A stretch of 64,000 nt of DNA, taken from positions 1,536,001 to 1,600,000 of the forward strand of contig OY761614.1 in assembly GCA_963664825.1 (NCBI GenBank), given 5' to 3'. Within the stretch, counting starts at the first letter, position 1. Each line of letters begins with the position of its first letter. This stretch comes from an uncultured Holophaga sp. GTDB taxonomy: Bacteria > Acidobacteriota > Holophagae > Holophagales > Holophagaceae. This document shows positions 40,298-49,917 of the stretch, piece after piece. A model generated the notes under the pieces. The model was not told the origin of the DNA and did no database searches. It saw only the letters and a list, made by a program, of their open reading frames with translations. A program made the position numbers and the translations under genes.

Positions 40298-41317
40298 CTA
40301 GCCCCGGCTGGGGCGAGTGGGGGAAGAACCTTCCTTCACGGCCTCGATCACCGCGCCCACCACCTCGGGATCGGTCTCGGGTAGGAGACCGTGGCCCAGG
40401 TTGAAGATATGGGGATGGCCCGCCATGGCCTCCACGATGGTCCGGGCCTTGCGGCAGGCCACATCCTTTCCCGCCAGCAGGGCGCAGGGATCCAGATTCC
40501 CCTGGAGCACCTTGTTGGGGAAGCGCCTCCGGGCTTCCAGGATGGGCACCTGCCAGGGCACGGCCAGCCCCTCGCAGGGCAGGGCCTCCAGGGCCTGATG
40601 CAGGTAGCCCGTGCGGGCGTAGAAGAGCCGGGGGGCCCCTTCCACCTGGGCCAGGGCGCGCTCCGCGGCAGGCAAGGCGAATTCAGCGTAATCCTCGGGA
40701 TCCAGTTCCCCGGCCCAGGTGTCGAAGAGCTGGACGGCCTGGGCGCCGGCCTGGATTTGGAGATTCAGCAGCCGCGCGGCAGCGTCCGCCAGGCGATCCA
40801 GCCAGGCCTTGGCCCGGACGGGTTCGGCATGGAGGAAGGCCTTGGCCCGGGTCCAGTTCTTCGATCCCCTGCCCTCGAGGCCGTAGGCCAGCAGCGTCCA
40901 GGGCGCTCCGGCAAATCCCAGCAGGGCCACCTGTTCGGGCAGGGCGGCCTTCGTCTTGCGGAGGGCCGCCTGCACGGGTTCGAAGACCGATTCATCCAGG
41001 AGCCTATCCAGGGGGATCTGGTCGAGGGTCTTCCCCAGCCGGGGCCCCCCCTCGGGCACCGTGACCGCGCAGCCCAGGGCCTCCAGGATCACGAGGATAT
41101 CGCTGAAGATGATGGCGCCATCCAGTTGCGGGAAGCGCCGCAGGGGCTGGAGCGTGACTTCGGCGGCCAGATCGGAATCGTAGAGCAGCTCTTCGAAGGT
41201 GACCTTCGAACGCAGGGCCCTATATTCCGGCAGGAAGCGCCCCGCCTGGCGCATGAACCAGACGGGGGGCGTGGCCAGGGCTTCGCCCTGGAGGACCCGG
41301 ATCAGAGGCTGGGCCAC
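40298..41317 (-). CDS. hemE: Uroporphyrinogen decarboxylase
   Basis: PVWFMRQAGRFLPEY, IIFSDIL, GFAGAPWTL and IFNLGHG motifs. Confidence 0.96.
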   Translation of the reverse strand: MAQPLIRVLQGEALATPPVWFMRQAGRFLPEYRALRSKVTFEELLYDSDLAAEVTLQPLRRFPQLDGAIIFSDILVILEALGCAVTVPEGGPRLGKTLDQIPLDRLLDESVFEPVQAALRKTKAALPEQVALLGFAGAPWTLLAYGLEGRGSKNWTRAKAFLHAEPVRAKAWLDRLADAAARLLNLQIQAGAQAVQLFDTWAGELDPEDYAEFALPAAERALAQVEGAPRLFYARTGYLHQALEALPCEGLAVPWQVPILEARRRFPNKVLQGNLDPCALLAGKDVACRKARTIVEAMAGHPHIFNLGHGLLPETDPEVVGAVIEAVKEGSSPTRPSRG

Positions 41318-41335
41318 GGTCCTTCCCGCAGGCCT

Positions 41336-41584
41336 CTAGTTCTCTTCGTGATCCAGGGTGAAGGTGTAGGGGCCGGAGGCGCCCATCACTTCGCCCTCGG
41401 GCACCCGGAGGCTTGTGCGGCGCTGGGCGAGATGGACCACATGCCAGTGCCCGCCGCGCTGTCCGGCCTCCTTCATGGCGATGCGCGCGGCGCGGGTGCT
41501 ATCGCGATGGGCCACCTGGACCACCAGGTAGGCGCCTTCCTTCTCGGTGCGGTTCTCGAGGCCGATGGTGTAGATGCGTGTCAT
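41336..41584 (-). CDS. Small hypothetical protein (82 aa)
   Basis: AGGAG RBS before the ATG, gene-like codon use, fills the hemL-hemE gap. Confidence 0.55.
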   Translation of the reverse strand: MTRIYTIGLENRTEKEGAYLVVQVAHRDSTRAARIAMKEAGQRGGHWHVVHLAQRRTSLRVPEGEVMGASGPYTFTLDHEEN

Positions 41585-41672
41585 GGCATTCTCCTGAAAA
41601 ATCCACCACCCAGGCGCGAAGGGCACCAAGGTTCACTAGGGAAAGGATACTGGGTGCCGGGGCATTCCGTCC

Positions 41673-42932
41673 TCATCGACTGAATGCGTCCTTCACGCTC
41701 TGGATGGCCTTCTCGAAATGCGCGAATTCCTTTTCCCCATGGGTGGCCGACAGGAAGGCCACTTCATAGCCGCTGGGGGGCAGGTAGACGCCCTGGTCCA
41801 GGAGGAGCTTGTGCATGCGATTGAACTGGAGGATGGCGCCGGATTCCACGCGATCGGCGCGCTTGACGCTGGGCTGGAAGAGGGGCCAGATCAGGCTGCC
41901 CAGATGGGGGGCGTGGAGGCCGGGGATCTCTTCGAAGGCCTGGGCCCAGCGCTCCGCCTGGGCTCCGAGTTCGGCATAGAGCGCAGGTGTCAGGCGCTCC
42001 AGCGTGGCGAGACCCGCGGCCATGGCCACGGGATTGCCCGAGAGGGTGCCCGCCTGGTAAACGGGACCATCGGGGCTCACGACGCCCATGATGTCCCTGC
42101 GTCCGCCATAGAGGCCCACGGGCATACCGCCTCCGATGATCTTGCCGAAGGTGACCAGGTCCGGCGCGATGCCGTAGCGTTCCGCCGCGCCCCCCGGGGC
42201 CACCCGGAAGCCGCTGATGACCTCATCGAAGATGAGCACCGCGCCGTGCTGGGTGCAGAGTTCCCGCAGGCGCTTCAGGAAGGAGAGATCCTGCAGCAGG
42301 AGGCCATTATTGGCCGGCACGGGCTCGATAATGGCCGCCGCCAGTGCCTTCCCGTGCTGGGTGAAGACCCGCTCCAGGCCTTCGGGATCATCCAGGCTGA
42401 TCACGAGGGTCAAATCGGCGAAGCCCTTGGGCACTCCCGCGCTGGTGGGTTCGCCAAAGGTCGCCAGCCCCGAGCCCGCCTTCACCAGCATGGAATCGGC
42501 GTGGCCGTGGTAGCAGCCTTCGAATTTCAGGAGGAGGTCCCGCTTGGTGAATCCGCGAGCGGTCCTGAGGGCGCTCATCACGGCTTCCGTGCCACTGGAG
42601 ACGAAGCGCATCTTCTCCACAAAGGGCACCATGGCCTTGATGCGGCGGGCCAGCGCGATCTCTCGCCGGGAGGGCGCGCCGAAGCTGAGGCCCTCCTGCA
42701 TGGCCTCCGAGACGGCGGCCAGCACATCCGGGTTCGCGTGTCCCAGGATCAGCGGCCCCCAGCTCATGCAGAGATCCAGGAAGGTCCGCCCGTCTTCGTC
42801 CTCAAACCAGGCGCCCCGGGCCTTGCGGAAGAACTTGGGCGTGCCCCCCACGGCCTTGAAGGCCCGCACGGGGCTGGATACGCCCCCCGGGAAGTGGGTG
42901 AGGGCTTCTTGAAACAGGGCATCGTTGTTCAT
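41673..42932 (-). CDS. hemL: Glutamate-1-semialdehyde 2,1-aminomutase
   Basis: PGGVSSPVRAF, SSGTEA, GCYHGH, FDEVISGFR, GKIIGGG and YQAGTLSGNP motifs. Confidence 0.96.
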   Translation of the reverse strand: MNNDALFQEALTHFPGGVSSPVRAFKAVGGTPKFFRKARGAWFEDEDGRTFLDLCMSWGPLILGHANPDVLAAVSEAMQEGLSFGAPSRREIALARRIKAMVPFVEKMRFVSSGTEAVMSALRTARGFTKRDLLLKFEGCYHGHADSMLVKAGSGLATFGEPTSAGVPKGFADLTLVISLDDPEGLERVFTQHGKALAAAIIEPVPANNGLLLQDLSFLKRLRELCTQHGAVLIFDEVISGFRVAPGGAAERYGIAPDLVTFGKIIGGGMPVGLYGGRRDIMGVVSPDGPVYQAGTLSGNPVAMAAGLATLERLTPALYAELGAQAERWAQAFEEIPGLHAPHLGSLIWPLFQPSVKRADRVESGAILQFNRMHKLLLDQGVYLPPSGYEVAFLSATHGEKEFAHFEKAIQSVKDAFSR

Positions 42933-42989
42933 GGGAGGGCTCGCAAAAAGAGCGGACAGGGAGCATGGCACCGGCAGGGCCGATGAGCC

Positions 42990-43469
42990 TCAGCCCCTGG
43001 CGAAGGGGACTTCATGGATGAGCGCGAGGATGCGCTGCAATTCCCGCGCGTCCGTGTCATCGAAATTGCCGGGCATATCGCTATCGATATCCAGCACGGC
43101 GGTGATGACGCCCTCCGGGTTGCGGAAGGGGATGGCGATCTCGGACTTGCTCCGGCTATCGCAGGCGATGTGGCCCGGGAAAGTCTCCACGTCTGGAACG
43201 ATCACGGGCGCCCCGCCGTTGAGGGCGGCCCAGCATACGCCCGTGTCCTTCTTGAGCTCCATGCAGGCGATGGGGCCTTGGTAGAGCTTCACGATCAGCC
43301 GGCCCTCCTTGAGGCCATAGAATCCCGTCCAGAAGAAGTGCTGCATCTTGTGGTGCAGCAGGGCTGCCACCGAGGCCATCCGGGCATCCGTATCCTCGCA
43401 TTTGGCCAGGAGTCCCGTCAGTTGGGTGTGGAGGCGCCCGTAGCGGGCTTGTTTCTGGGAAGTGTCCAT
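42990..43469 (-). CDS. GAF-domain protein, free Met-(R)-sulfoxide reductase (MsrC/YebR) type
   Basis: WTGFY, YQGPIAC, GVC, FPGHIACD, SEIAIP and VLDIDS motifs. Confidence 0.85.
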   Translation of the reverse strand: MDTSQKQARYGRLHTQLTGLLAKCEDTDARMASVAALLHHKMQHFFWTGFYGLKEGRLIVKLYQGPIACMELKKDTGVCWAALNGGAPVIVPDVETFPGHIACDSRSKSEIAIPFRNPEGVITAVLDIDSDMPGNFDDTDARELQRILALIHEVPFARG

Positions 43470-43492
43470 TGAGGGCTCCGGCGAGGGAATGC

Positions 43493-43939
43493 CTAGCGGC
43501 CAGGGGCCGGGAGGGGACGATATTCGATGGTGATGCCCTGGAACGGGGTGATGCATTTTCCGGGTTTGTGGGGGTTCCGGTATTCGATCAGAAGATGATT
43601 GGGACTCAGCCATTGCACTCGAGGGTGAGCCCCCCCCTGGGATTTGATATTGAACACCACGGAACTGCCGCTGGCCCCATGCCTGCCCACGGAGGCCTCC
43701 GGCCCGTGGAGGTGGACCTCGTCGTACAGGGCGCCGAGGCCGAAACCAAGGCCGTTATCGATATGCTCCAGGGTGGCCTGCCAGCGGGAATCTGGAGATT
43801 GGAACAGGGTGGATTGCTGGACGATTCCCCCTTGAGTCTTCCGGGTGCCTTCCCAGAGGGCCCTGAGCCCGAGAAGAGCGCCCAGGGAGCCGCCCACGAG
43901 AGCGATGGCGATCAGTGATTTTCGGGTGGGAGTTTTCAT
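43493..43939 (-). CDS. Hypothetical exported/membrane-anchored protein
   Basis: N-terminal hydrophobic segment; SPD..W and WLSPNHLLIEY beta-strand pattern. Confidence 0.6.
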   Translation of the reverse strand: MKTPTRKSLIAIALVGGSLGALLGLRALWEGTRKTQGGIVQQSTLFQSPDSRWQATLEHIDNGLGFGLGALYDEVHLHGPEASVGRHGASGSSVVFNIKSQGGAHPRVQWLSPNHLLIEYRNPHKPGKCITPFQGITIEYRPLPAPGR

Positions 43940-44011
43940 CAGACCTGGGCCTTTCTTGTTTCACTTCGGCAGGGCGAAGGACCGCCCAGCGCCTTAACCC
44001 GCGGCAGGGAA

Positions 44012-44908
44012 TTACGGGACGAACTTGTCCACCGTTCCCTTCCCGTTACAGGAGGGGCAGGCCTTGTGGTAGTGATTCTCGAATTTCCCGCACACGGGGC
44101 AGGCCCTGTTGCTGGCATCCCCGTGTCCGAAATTCGCCACGGAGGTGGGGATGGGATCCTTCCCCGTCCCCTTGCAGAAGGAGCAGGCCACCTTGGTCAT
44201 GTGCCCCGTGGCCGGACTCCCAAGGGCTGGCTGGATGTTCGAATGGGCGGGAGCCAGGGCCGTGTTCCCTGGCTGAATCCCTTGAAGGGCCTGGGACAAC
44301 TGCTGGGTGTCGGTAGTCATCAGGTAGCCGTCGCTGTGGTGCCACCACATCACATCGCTATTCGGAGAAGGGAAGCGACTCAGGATGACCTTGGTCACCG
44401 TATTGTCGCGCAGCTCCACCAGTTCCCCCAGGATGCCTCCCTCGTAGAGGAGGTAGTACCAGTTGTTGAAGGGATTCCACAGAGAATCCAGTTCGGAGCC
44501 TGTAACCCAGGTCTTCTGGGTTCTCACGTAGTACTTCCCCGCCGGCAGGTTCGTGAATTCGAAGGTGCCCTCCAGGTCGACGGTGGTGGTGCGCCTCGCC
44601 TTGAGGAAGAGGGGCGAAGGGTGTGTCAGGGCGCGATGGGCCCAGTGGGTCCCGGCCTTGCTCCACCATTCCTCCCCCACCGAGGTGGCGGGGTCGAGGG
44701 TGACTAGTTCTCCCGCGAGCTTGGCCACGGTGCCGTTCTTCTGCGCGAAAAAGGCTTGCCCATGGAGGGCCGCCGTGCCTGGCTTGAGATAGGGGGTATA
44801 TTCCTGCTCTCCGGCCACAGCATTCCAGACCGGTGGAGGGGGCACCGGCTCGGGCACCTGGCAGGCCGCCATGCACAATAGGACCAACGCCATCAAGGCT
44901 GCTTTCAC
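44012..44908 (-). CDS. Putative lipoprotein with a transthyretin/carboxypeptidase-regulatory-like domain and a C-terminal Cys-rich zinc-finger-like tail
   Basis: GTG start after GGAGG, lipobox-like MAAC, GTFEFTNLPAGKYYV, tail CSFCKGTG..CPVC..HYH..CPSCNGKG. Confidence 0.65.
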   Translation of the reverse strand: MKAALMALVLLCMAACQVPEPVPPPPVWNAVAGEQEYTPYLKPGTAALHGQAFFAQKNGTVAKLAGELVTLDPATSVGEEWWSKAGTHWAHRALTHPSPLFLKARRTTTVDLEGTFEFTNLPAGKYYVRTQKTWVTGSELDSLWNPFNNWYYLLYEGGILGELVELRDNTVTKVILSRFPSPNSDVMWWHHSDGYLMTTDTQQLSQALQGIQPGNTALAPAHSNIQPALGSPATGHMTKVACSFCKGTGKDPIPTSVANFGHGDASNRACPVCGKFENHYHKACPSCNGKGTVDKFVP

Positions 44909-44965
44909 GTTTTCCTCCAAGTTCCGGCCCTCGGCAGAGAGCCCACATTCACGCCCAGGGCGGCC

Positions 44966-45934
44966 TTATTTCACCCATCCCTTGCTCACGGCTTCGCGTC
45001 CCGCGTAGGTGATGATCATGTCGGAGCCCGCCCGGCGCAGGCTGATCAGTTGCTCGTACATGAGCTGGTCCCCGTTGAGCCATCCCAGCTGGTCCCCGGC
45101 CTTGACGGCGCTGTATTCGCTGGAGACGTGGTAGCTGCAGATGGGCAGGAGGCAGGCCTCCTTCAGGCGCCAGATGAGATCCAGGCTGTGGAGGCCGGGC
45201 TTGACCATGAGGATATCGGCCCCTTCCTCGATATCCATCAGGGCGTCCTTGAGGCCCTCCCGGGCATTGCGGGGATCCATCTGGTAGCTGCGGCGGTCGC
45301 CGAAATGGGGGGCGCTGTCGGCGGCCTCCCGGAAGGGGCCGTAGTAGGCGCCGTTGTGCTTGATGGCGTAGCTCATGATGGCCGTGTTCTGGAAGCCCTC
45401 CTCGTCCATGCGGACCCGCAGGGCCGCGACGCGGCCATCCATCATGTCGGAAGGCGCCACGACGTCGGCGCCCGCCTGGGCGTGGGTGAGGGCCATTTCC
45501 GCCAGGATCGCCACGCTCTCGTCGTTGACCACGTAGCCGTCCTTCACCACGCCGCAGTGGCCGTGGTCCGTGTAGGCGCAGAGGCACACGTCCGTCATTA
45601 CGATGAGGTCATCGCCGAAGGCCTTTTTCAGGGCCGCCACTGCCATGGGCACGGGGCCCTTGGGATCGCGGCTGCTCTTGGCGGTGGAGTCCTTCTCATC
45701 CGGCAGGCCGAAGAGCAGCACGCTGCGGAGGCCCAGCTTGAGATCGGCCTCCACCTGCTGCAGGGTGGCCTGGACGCCCGTGCGGGCGATGCCGGGCATG
45801 GCCTGGATGGGATCGCTCCCTTCGCCGCTCTTCACGAAGTAGGGCTGGATGAGCTGGCGGGCCGCCAGATCGGTTTCGGCCACGAGATCGCGAATGGCCT
45901 TGGTGCGGCGGAGACGGCGGGGACGCAGGAACAT
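44966..45934 (-). CDS. hemB: Porphobilinogen synthase (Zn-type)
   Basis: RPRRLR, DVCLCAYTDHGHCG, APSDMMDGRV and MVKPG motifs. Confidence 0.97.
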   Translation of the reverse strand: MFLRPRRLRRTKAIRDLVAETDLAARQLIQPYFVKSGEGSDPIQAMPGIARTGVQATLQQVEADLKLGLRSVLLFGLPDEKDSTAKSSRDPKGPVPMAVAALKKAFGDDLIVMTDVCLCAYTDHGHCGVVKDGYVVNDESVAILAEMALTHAQAGADVVAPSDMMDGRVAALRVRMDEEGFQNTAIMSYAIKHNGAYYGPFREAADSAPHFGDRRSYQMDPRNAREGLKDALMDIEEGADILMVKPGLHSLDLIWRLKEACLLPICSYHVSSEYSAVKAGDQLGWLNGDQLMYEQLISLRRAGSDMIITYAGREAVSKGWVK

Positions 45935-45955
45935 GGGATTCTCCTCAGATGGGGC

Positions 45956-46594
45956 TCAAAGATACGCTGCCAGGATACGCCCCAGATCCTCGGCCCTGGG
46001 CTCGCAGACGGCCTGGGCGGGCGCGCCCGCGGCCATGAAGGCCGCCGCTGTGCGTTCTCCCCAGGCGAAGCGCAGGACGTCTCCCGTGAGAGGGGCCATG
46101 ATCTCGGCCTGGAGGGGACTGAGGGCCAGGACGCCGTCCAGTTCGGGCCGTCGGGGCACCGGATTGAGGGAGGCCTCCTGGTGGGTGATCCAGGGATGGA
46201 GGCGCCAGGGGGTGCCTTGGGCCGCGTCTTCCAGATACCCGCGGCTGCGCTCGCCTCGCACCAGCAGGAAATCCCCGCCCTCCGGGTAGCGGTGGCGCAG
46301 GGATTCCCACATGCCTTCGGCCTTGGGCTCGGGGCTGATGTGGACTTCGTGGCCCACCAGGACTCGGCCCGTGGCCTCTCCCGTGACCAGACAGGGCATG
46401 CCCACCGGCAGACGAGCGGCCCGGGCCCCCGCGGGGCTGAGCACCAGGGCGGCCCGGGCGCGGGCGAAGGGGGAGGGCGAATCCACGGGCCTCAGTTCCG
46501 TGACGGGCCAGAACACCGCCTCCCAGCCGCTCTTGCGAACGGTTCGGCTCAGTGCGTCGTCGGTACCTCGGGCCAGACCCAAGCGGATTACCAT
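45956..46594 (-). CDS. hemD: Uroporphyrinogen-III synthase (divergent)
   Basis: Position between hemC and hemB; LSP, GEAT, RGERSR and GERTA motifs. Confidence 0.75.
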   Translation of the reverse strand: MVIRLGLARGTDDALSRTVRKSGWEAVFWPVTELRPVDSPSPFARARAALVLSPAGARAARLPVGMPCLVTGEATGRVLVGHEVHISPEPKAEGMWESLRHRYPEGGDFLLVRGERSRGYLEDAAQGTPWRLHPWITHQEASLNPVPRRPELDGVLALSPLQAEIMAPLTGDVLRFAWGERTAAAFMAAGAPAQAVCEPRAEDLGRILAAYL

Positions 46595-47460
46595 CCAAGA
46601 CCTCTCATCACTTCCGCCAGGAGGCGGACATCTTCGGTTCCTTCGCTTTCGGCCCACCGGAGGCCGTCCTGGGCGGCATAAGCGGCCCGGAGATGCAGGC
46701 CGCCTCCGTCCTTGATTTCGGCCAGGGCTCCCAGGGGCTGCTGGCAGCCCCCGCCGAGATTGGCCAGCACCTGGCGTTCCAGCCGGACGCAGCGTTCCGT
46801 GGAGGCATCGTGAAAGCCGCGGAGGACCTCCACCAGATCGGCACGATCCCTCCGGGTTTCCGCCAGCAGCGCCCCTTGGGCCGGTGCGGGCAGCAGCTCA
46901 CAGGGACCCAAGGGCCGCACGCGAAAGCCGGAGAGATCCAGGCCCAGGCGCAGGAGGCCCGAAGCCGCCAGCACCGTGCCATGGAGGGGCTCCTCCCGCA
47001 GCAGGCCCTCCCGCACGCGCTGGAGCCGCGTGGGCACGTTCCCCCGAATCCAGGTGAAGGAGGCCTGGGGCAGGGCCTGCCTCAGGAAGCGGCTGCGTCG
47101 CTCGGAGCCCGTGCCGATGATGGGGTGTTTCGGGGCGTCAGGCCTCATCACGAGCCAGTCCGCGGGATCCTCCCGCCGGGGCACGCAGGCCTGAATGATG
47201 CCTTCCGGGCGCTCCAGGGCCACATCCTTGAAGGAGTGGATCAGCAGATCCACCTCCTGGGCCAGCAGGGACTCCTCCAGTTCCCGGGTGAAAAAGCCCG
47301 CGCCCACCTGCTTGTCCAGGGGCCCCGCCAGCCAGGCATCCCCGCGGGTGGTGAAGCGCTTCCAGGTGATTTCGACCCCCTGTTCGAGGAGGAATTGCAC
47401 CATGGGCTCCCCCTGGCGCACGGCCAGTTCGGATCCCCGGGTCCCGATCACGGCCCTCAT
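46588..47460 (-). CDS. hemC: Hydroxymethylbilane synthase
   Basis: IGTRGSELA, TRGD, HSFKD, IRGNVPTRL, PAPAQGAL and GGGCQQP (cofactor Cys). Confidence 0.93.
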   Translation of the reverse strand: MRAVIGTRGSELAVRQGEPMVQFLLEQGVEITWKRFTTRGDAWLAGPLDKQVGAGFFTRELEESLLAQEVDLLIHSFKDVALERPEGIIQACVPRREDPADWLVMRPDAPKHPIIGTGSERRSRFLRQALPQASFTWIRGNVPTRLQRVREGLLREEPLHGTVLAASGLLRLGLDLSGFRVRPLGPCELLPAPAQGALLAETRRDRADLVEVLRGFHDASTERCVRLERQVLANLGGGCQQPLGALAEIKDGGGLHLRAAYAAQDGLRWAESEGTEDVRLLAEVMRGLGW

Positions 47461-48590
47461 AGGGCGTCGAGGTCGTGGCTGCCCTGATTCATGGCCCTGA
47501 ACGCCAGGGTGCGACCCCGCTTCAGGACAGCCCGGAGGGCTTCCGTTTGACTTTCCTCCAGGCGGCCCAGCACGCTCCCGGCCCCGAGGGCTTCCTCCTC
47601 CAGTTGATCCCAGGCTTCCGTGAGCCGATCCTGGGAGGTGCGCATGTGGCATTTGAGGGCGCGCTCTTCGGCTCGCTTGCGCAGCCGGTGGACGGCGCTC
47701 AGGAGCAAGGGGTCGGCCTCGTCGGCGGCGATCTTCCGCGCCTGTTTGGCTTGCTCGGTCTCGGCCAGGAAGGCCGAGAGGTCCACCCGATGGACCCAGG
47801 GCAGCTTGCCCAGGGCCGGTTCCGTATCCGGGGGCAGGCCCAGGTCCAGGATCCGGAGATGGGGCAGCCTGAGGTTCTCCCAGGCGGCCAGGGTGAAGAG
47901 GGGACGGGGAGCGGCAGTGGCCGTCACCAGGGCGTCGAAGCCCTCCGGGCTGCGCTGGACCTGGGAGAGGGGCACGGTGGGATGGCCCAGGGCTTCGGCC
48001 TTGGACTGGGTGCGATTGGAAATCGCCACGCGGAATCCGCGTTCTGGCAGGCGTTCGGCCAAGTAGCGGGTCATGGGCCCCACCCCCACCAGGAGCACGG
48101 CGGCCCCCTTGGGCAGGGCGTCCTCGATGTGGCGCAGGGCGCCGGTGGCCACAGAGGCGCTGCCATCGGCCAGGCCGATCTTCACCCGCAGGCGCTGGGC
48201 CTCCCGCAGCACATCCTCGATCACCGCCGTGGATTCGCCATAGGCGGCTCCCACTTCCCGGGCCTGCTCCAGGGCGTTGCGCAGCTGGTCGACGATCTCC
48301 CGGTCCCCCAGATTGGCGCTCTGGAGCCCGGTGGCCACTTCCAGCAGATGCCTCCAGGCGGATTCGCCCTCGTAGCGAGCCACGTCGGCCATGAGGCCGA
48401 GGTTTTCTGGATTGCCGCCCCAGAACATCCACATGGCCCGCTGGCAGGTGGTCAGGTAGACCATCTCGCAGGCCCCCGTGATGCGCCGCCAGCGGATCAA
48501 ATGCTCCGGCAGATGGTCCCGCACCACGTGCCGGGCCACCATGTCGAGGTCATGAACGGGAGAATGGAAGGCCAGGATTACGGGATCCAT
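47457..48590 (-). CDS. hemA: Glutamyl-tRNA reductase (divergent)
   Basis: TTCQR, HLLEVATGLQS..LGDREI..Q, VGVGPM, NRT and DLGLPPD; first gene of hemACDB. Confidence 0.85.
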   Translation of the reverse strand: MDPVILAFHSPVHDLDMVARHVVRDHLPEHLIRWRRITGACEMVYLTTCQRAMWMFWGGNPENLGLMADVARYEGESAWRHLLEVATGLQSANLGDREIVDQLRNALEQAREVGAAYGESTAVIEDVLREAQRLRVKIGLADGSASVATGALRHIEDALPKGAAVLLVGVGPMTRYLAERLPERGFRVAISNRTQSKAEALGHPTVPLSQVQRSPEGFDALVTATAAPRPLFTLAAWENLRLPHLRILDLGLPPDTEPALGKLPWVHRVDLSAFLAETEQAKQARKIAADEADPLLLSAVHRLRKRAEERALKCHMRTSQDRLTEAWDQLEEEALGAGSVLGRLEESQTEALRAVLKRGRTLAFRAMNQGSHDLDAL

Positions 48591-48622
48591 GCGGTAGGGA
48601 TCACCCTTCATGGATCATGATA

Positions 48623-49849
48623 CTAGTCCCCTCCCTGCATGCCCAACCCCTGGCCCCGGAGATGCTCGGGTACGGGGCTGGAGCTGGAGGAGACCGGCGG
48701 CGGGGCCTGGAAGGTGGAATGCCGAGGCTCGGGACGAGTCCCCTTGAAGATCTGAGCCATCTGTTCGGGATTGGCGAAGACCTCCAGTCGCTCCAGTTGC
48801 TCGGCGGTGGGGAAGCCCTCGTAGCGCAGGCGCCTGGGCCCCCAGATATTGACGACACTCCCCTTCAGCTCCGGGATGCGGGGCAGGGTCTGGCGGAAGA
48901 AGATCCCCAGGGGCTGGCCGTTCTTGGAGACGAAGCCGATGGTGTCGCACTCCGGCACGAGGGCGGGCTTGCCCTCGGCCCAGAGGGCCATGCTCACGGA
49001 GCGGCCATTGTTGGTCTTCAGCAGGGTCATGGGTGTGGGCAGACCGAGTTCGGGATCCAGATCCTCGTCCTGGGCGCGGTAGGCCTCCAGGAGGTCTCCC
49101 AGGTGGAGCTCCCGCTGGGGCTGGGCGATGGGATGGGGATCCTGGAGGGTGGCCGCTAGGAGCTCCTCGTTGACGTACTGCAGGATGACGGCCTGGACCC
49201 GTGGGCCGCTCGGTGTGGCCAGGGATTGTCCAATGGCATCCACGAGTTTAGGGAGCAGTACCTGAGGTGCGGCCAGGAAGTGGCCCTCGCAGGGAATGGC
49301 GATGAAGGTGTTCTGACCCGGGAAGAGATTGGCCCAGAGCTCCGGCAGGAGAATCCGGGCGGCGTCGAAACCATCCCTGTAGGTGCTCCGGTAGATCCCG
49401 CTGGGCAGGCGCTCGAAGGGCTTGTCCTTGGAACAATCCCGGAGATGCTCCAGGGCCCGTTCCATCACGTTCTCCAGGCTCACATCCCAGAGGGCCAGCC
49501 AGGCCTCGGGCATGGCCTCATCGCCCACTCGCAGGCGCTCGCTGAGGCCTTCGATCACGGGGCGGTAGTAACGCTGCTCCCGTTCGGCTCGCCAGGTGGG
49601 CACGATTTCAGGCATGACCTCGAATTGGGCATCGACCCAGGGGGGAGGGAAGGCCCAGCCCTTGCGATGCAGTTCGGCCACCGCATCGGCCCAGCGCACC
49701 CGCTCCTCGGCCTGGAGGTTTTCAAAGATGCCCAGGAAGGGCTCCAGACCTGGAATTTCCTCGGGAAGCTCCCGTTCCCCGAAGAGCTCTCCGAGGCTCG
49801 GGAGAGGCGTCACTTCGGCATGGGCGAAAAATCGTGAAAGAAAACTCAT
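48623..49849 (-). CDS. Conserved-looking hypothetical protein (weak DUF1444-like segment)
   Basis: 408-aa ORF with gene-like codon bias; segment LWDVSLENVMERALEHL..DGFDAARILLP..IAIP. Confidence 0.6.
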   Translation of the reverse strand: MSFLSRFFAHAEVTPLPSLGELFGERELPEEIPGLEPFLGIFENLQAEERVRWADAVAELHRKGWAFPPPWVDAQFEVMPEIVPTWRAEREQRYYRPVIEGLSERLRVGDEAMPEAWLALWDVSLENVMERALEHLRDCSKDKPFERLPSGIYRSTYRDGFDAARILLPELWANLFPGQNTFIAIPCEGHFLAAPQVLLPKLVDAIGQSLATPSGPRVQAVILQYVNEELLAATLQDPHPIAQPQRELHLGDLLEAYRAQDEDLDPELGLPTPMTLLKTNNGRSVSMALWAEGKPALVPECDTIGFVSKNGQPLGIFFRQTLPRIPELKGSVVNIWGPRRLRYEGFPTAEQLERLEVFANPEQMAQIFKGTRPEPRHSTFQAPPPVSSSSSPVPEHLRGQGLGMQGGD

Positions 49850-49917
49850 GGGCAGCTCGATTCCAGCCTCCCATTTTGCCCGAGAAGCCGGGCCGTGATT
49901 AGCCTAATCTTGAATCC

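Noticed and set aside
46588..48432. 614-aa ORF as a HemA-HemC fusion
   Set aside because: HemA is in a different frame with its own stop at 47457. HemC starts at 47460.
49850..49917. Moco riboswitch upstream of moaA
   Set aside because: The intergenic gap is only ~68 nt, is shared with a divergent gene, and shows no matching structure.
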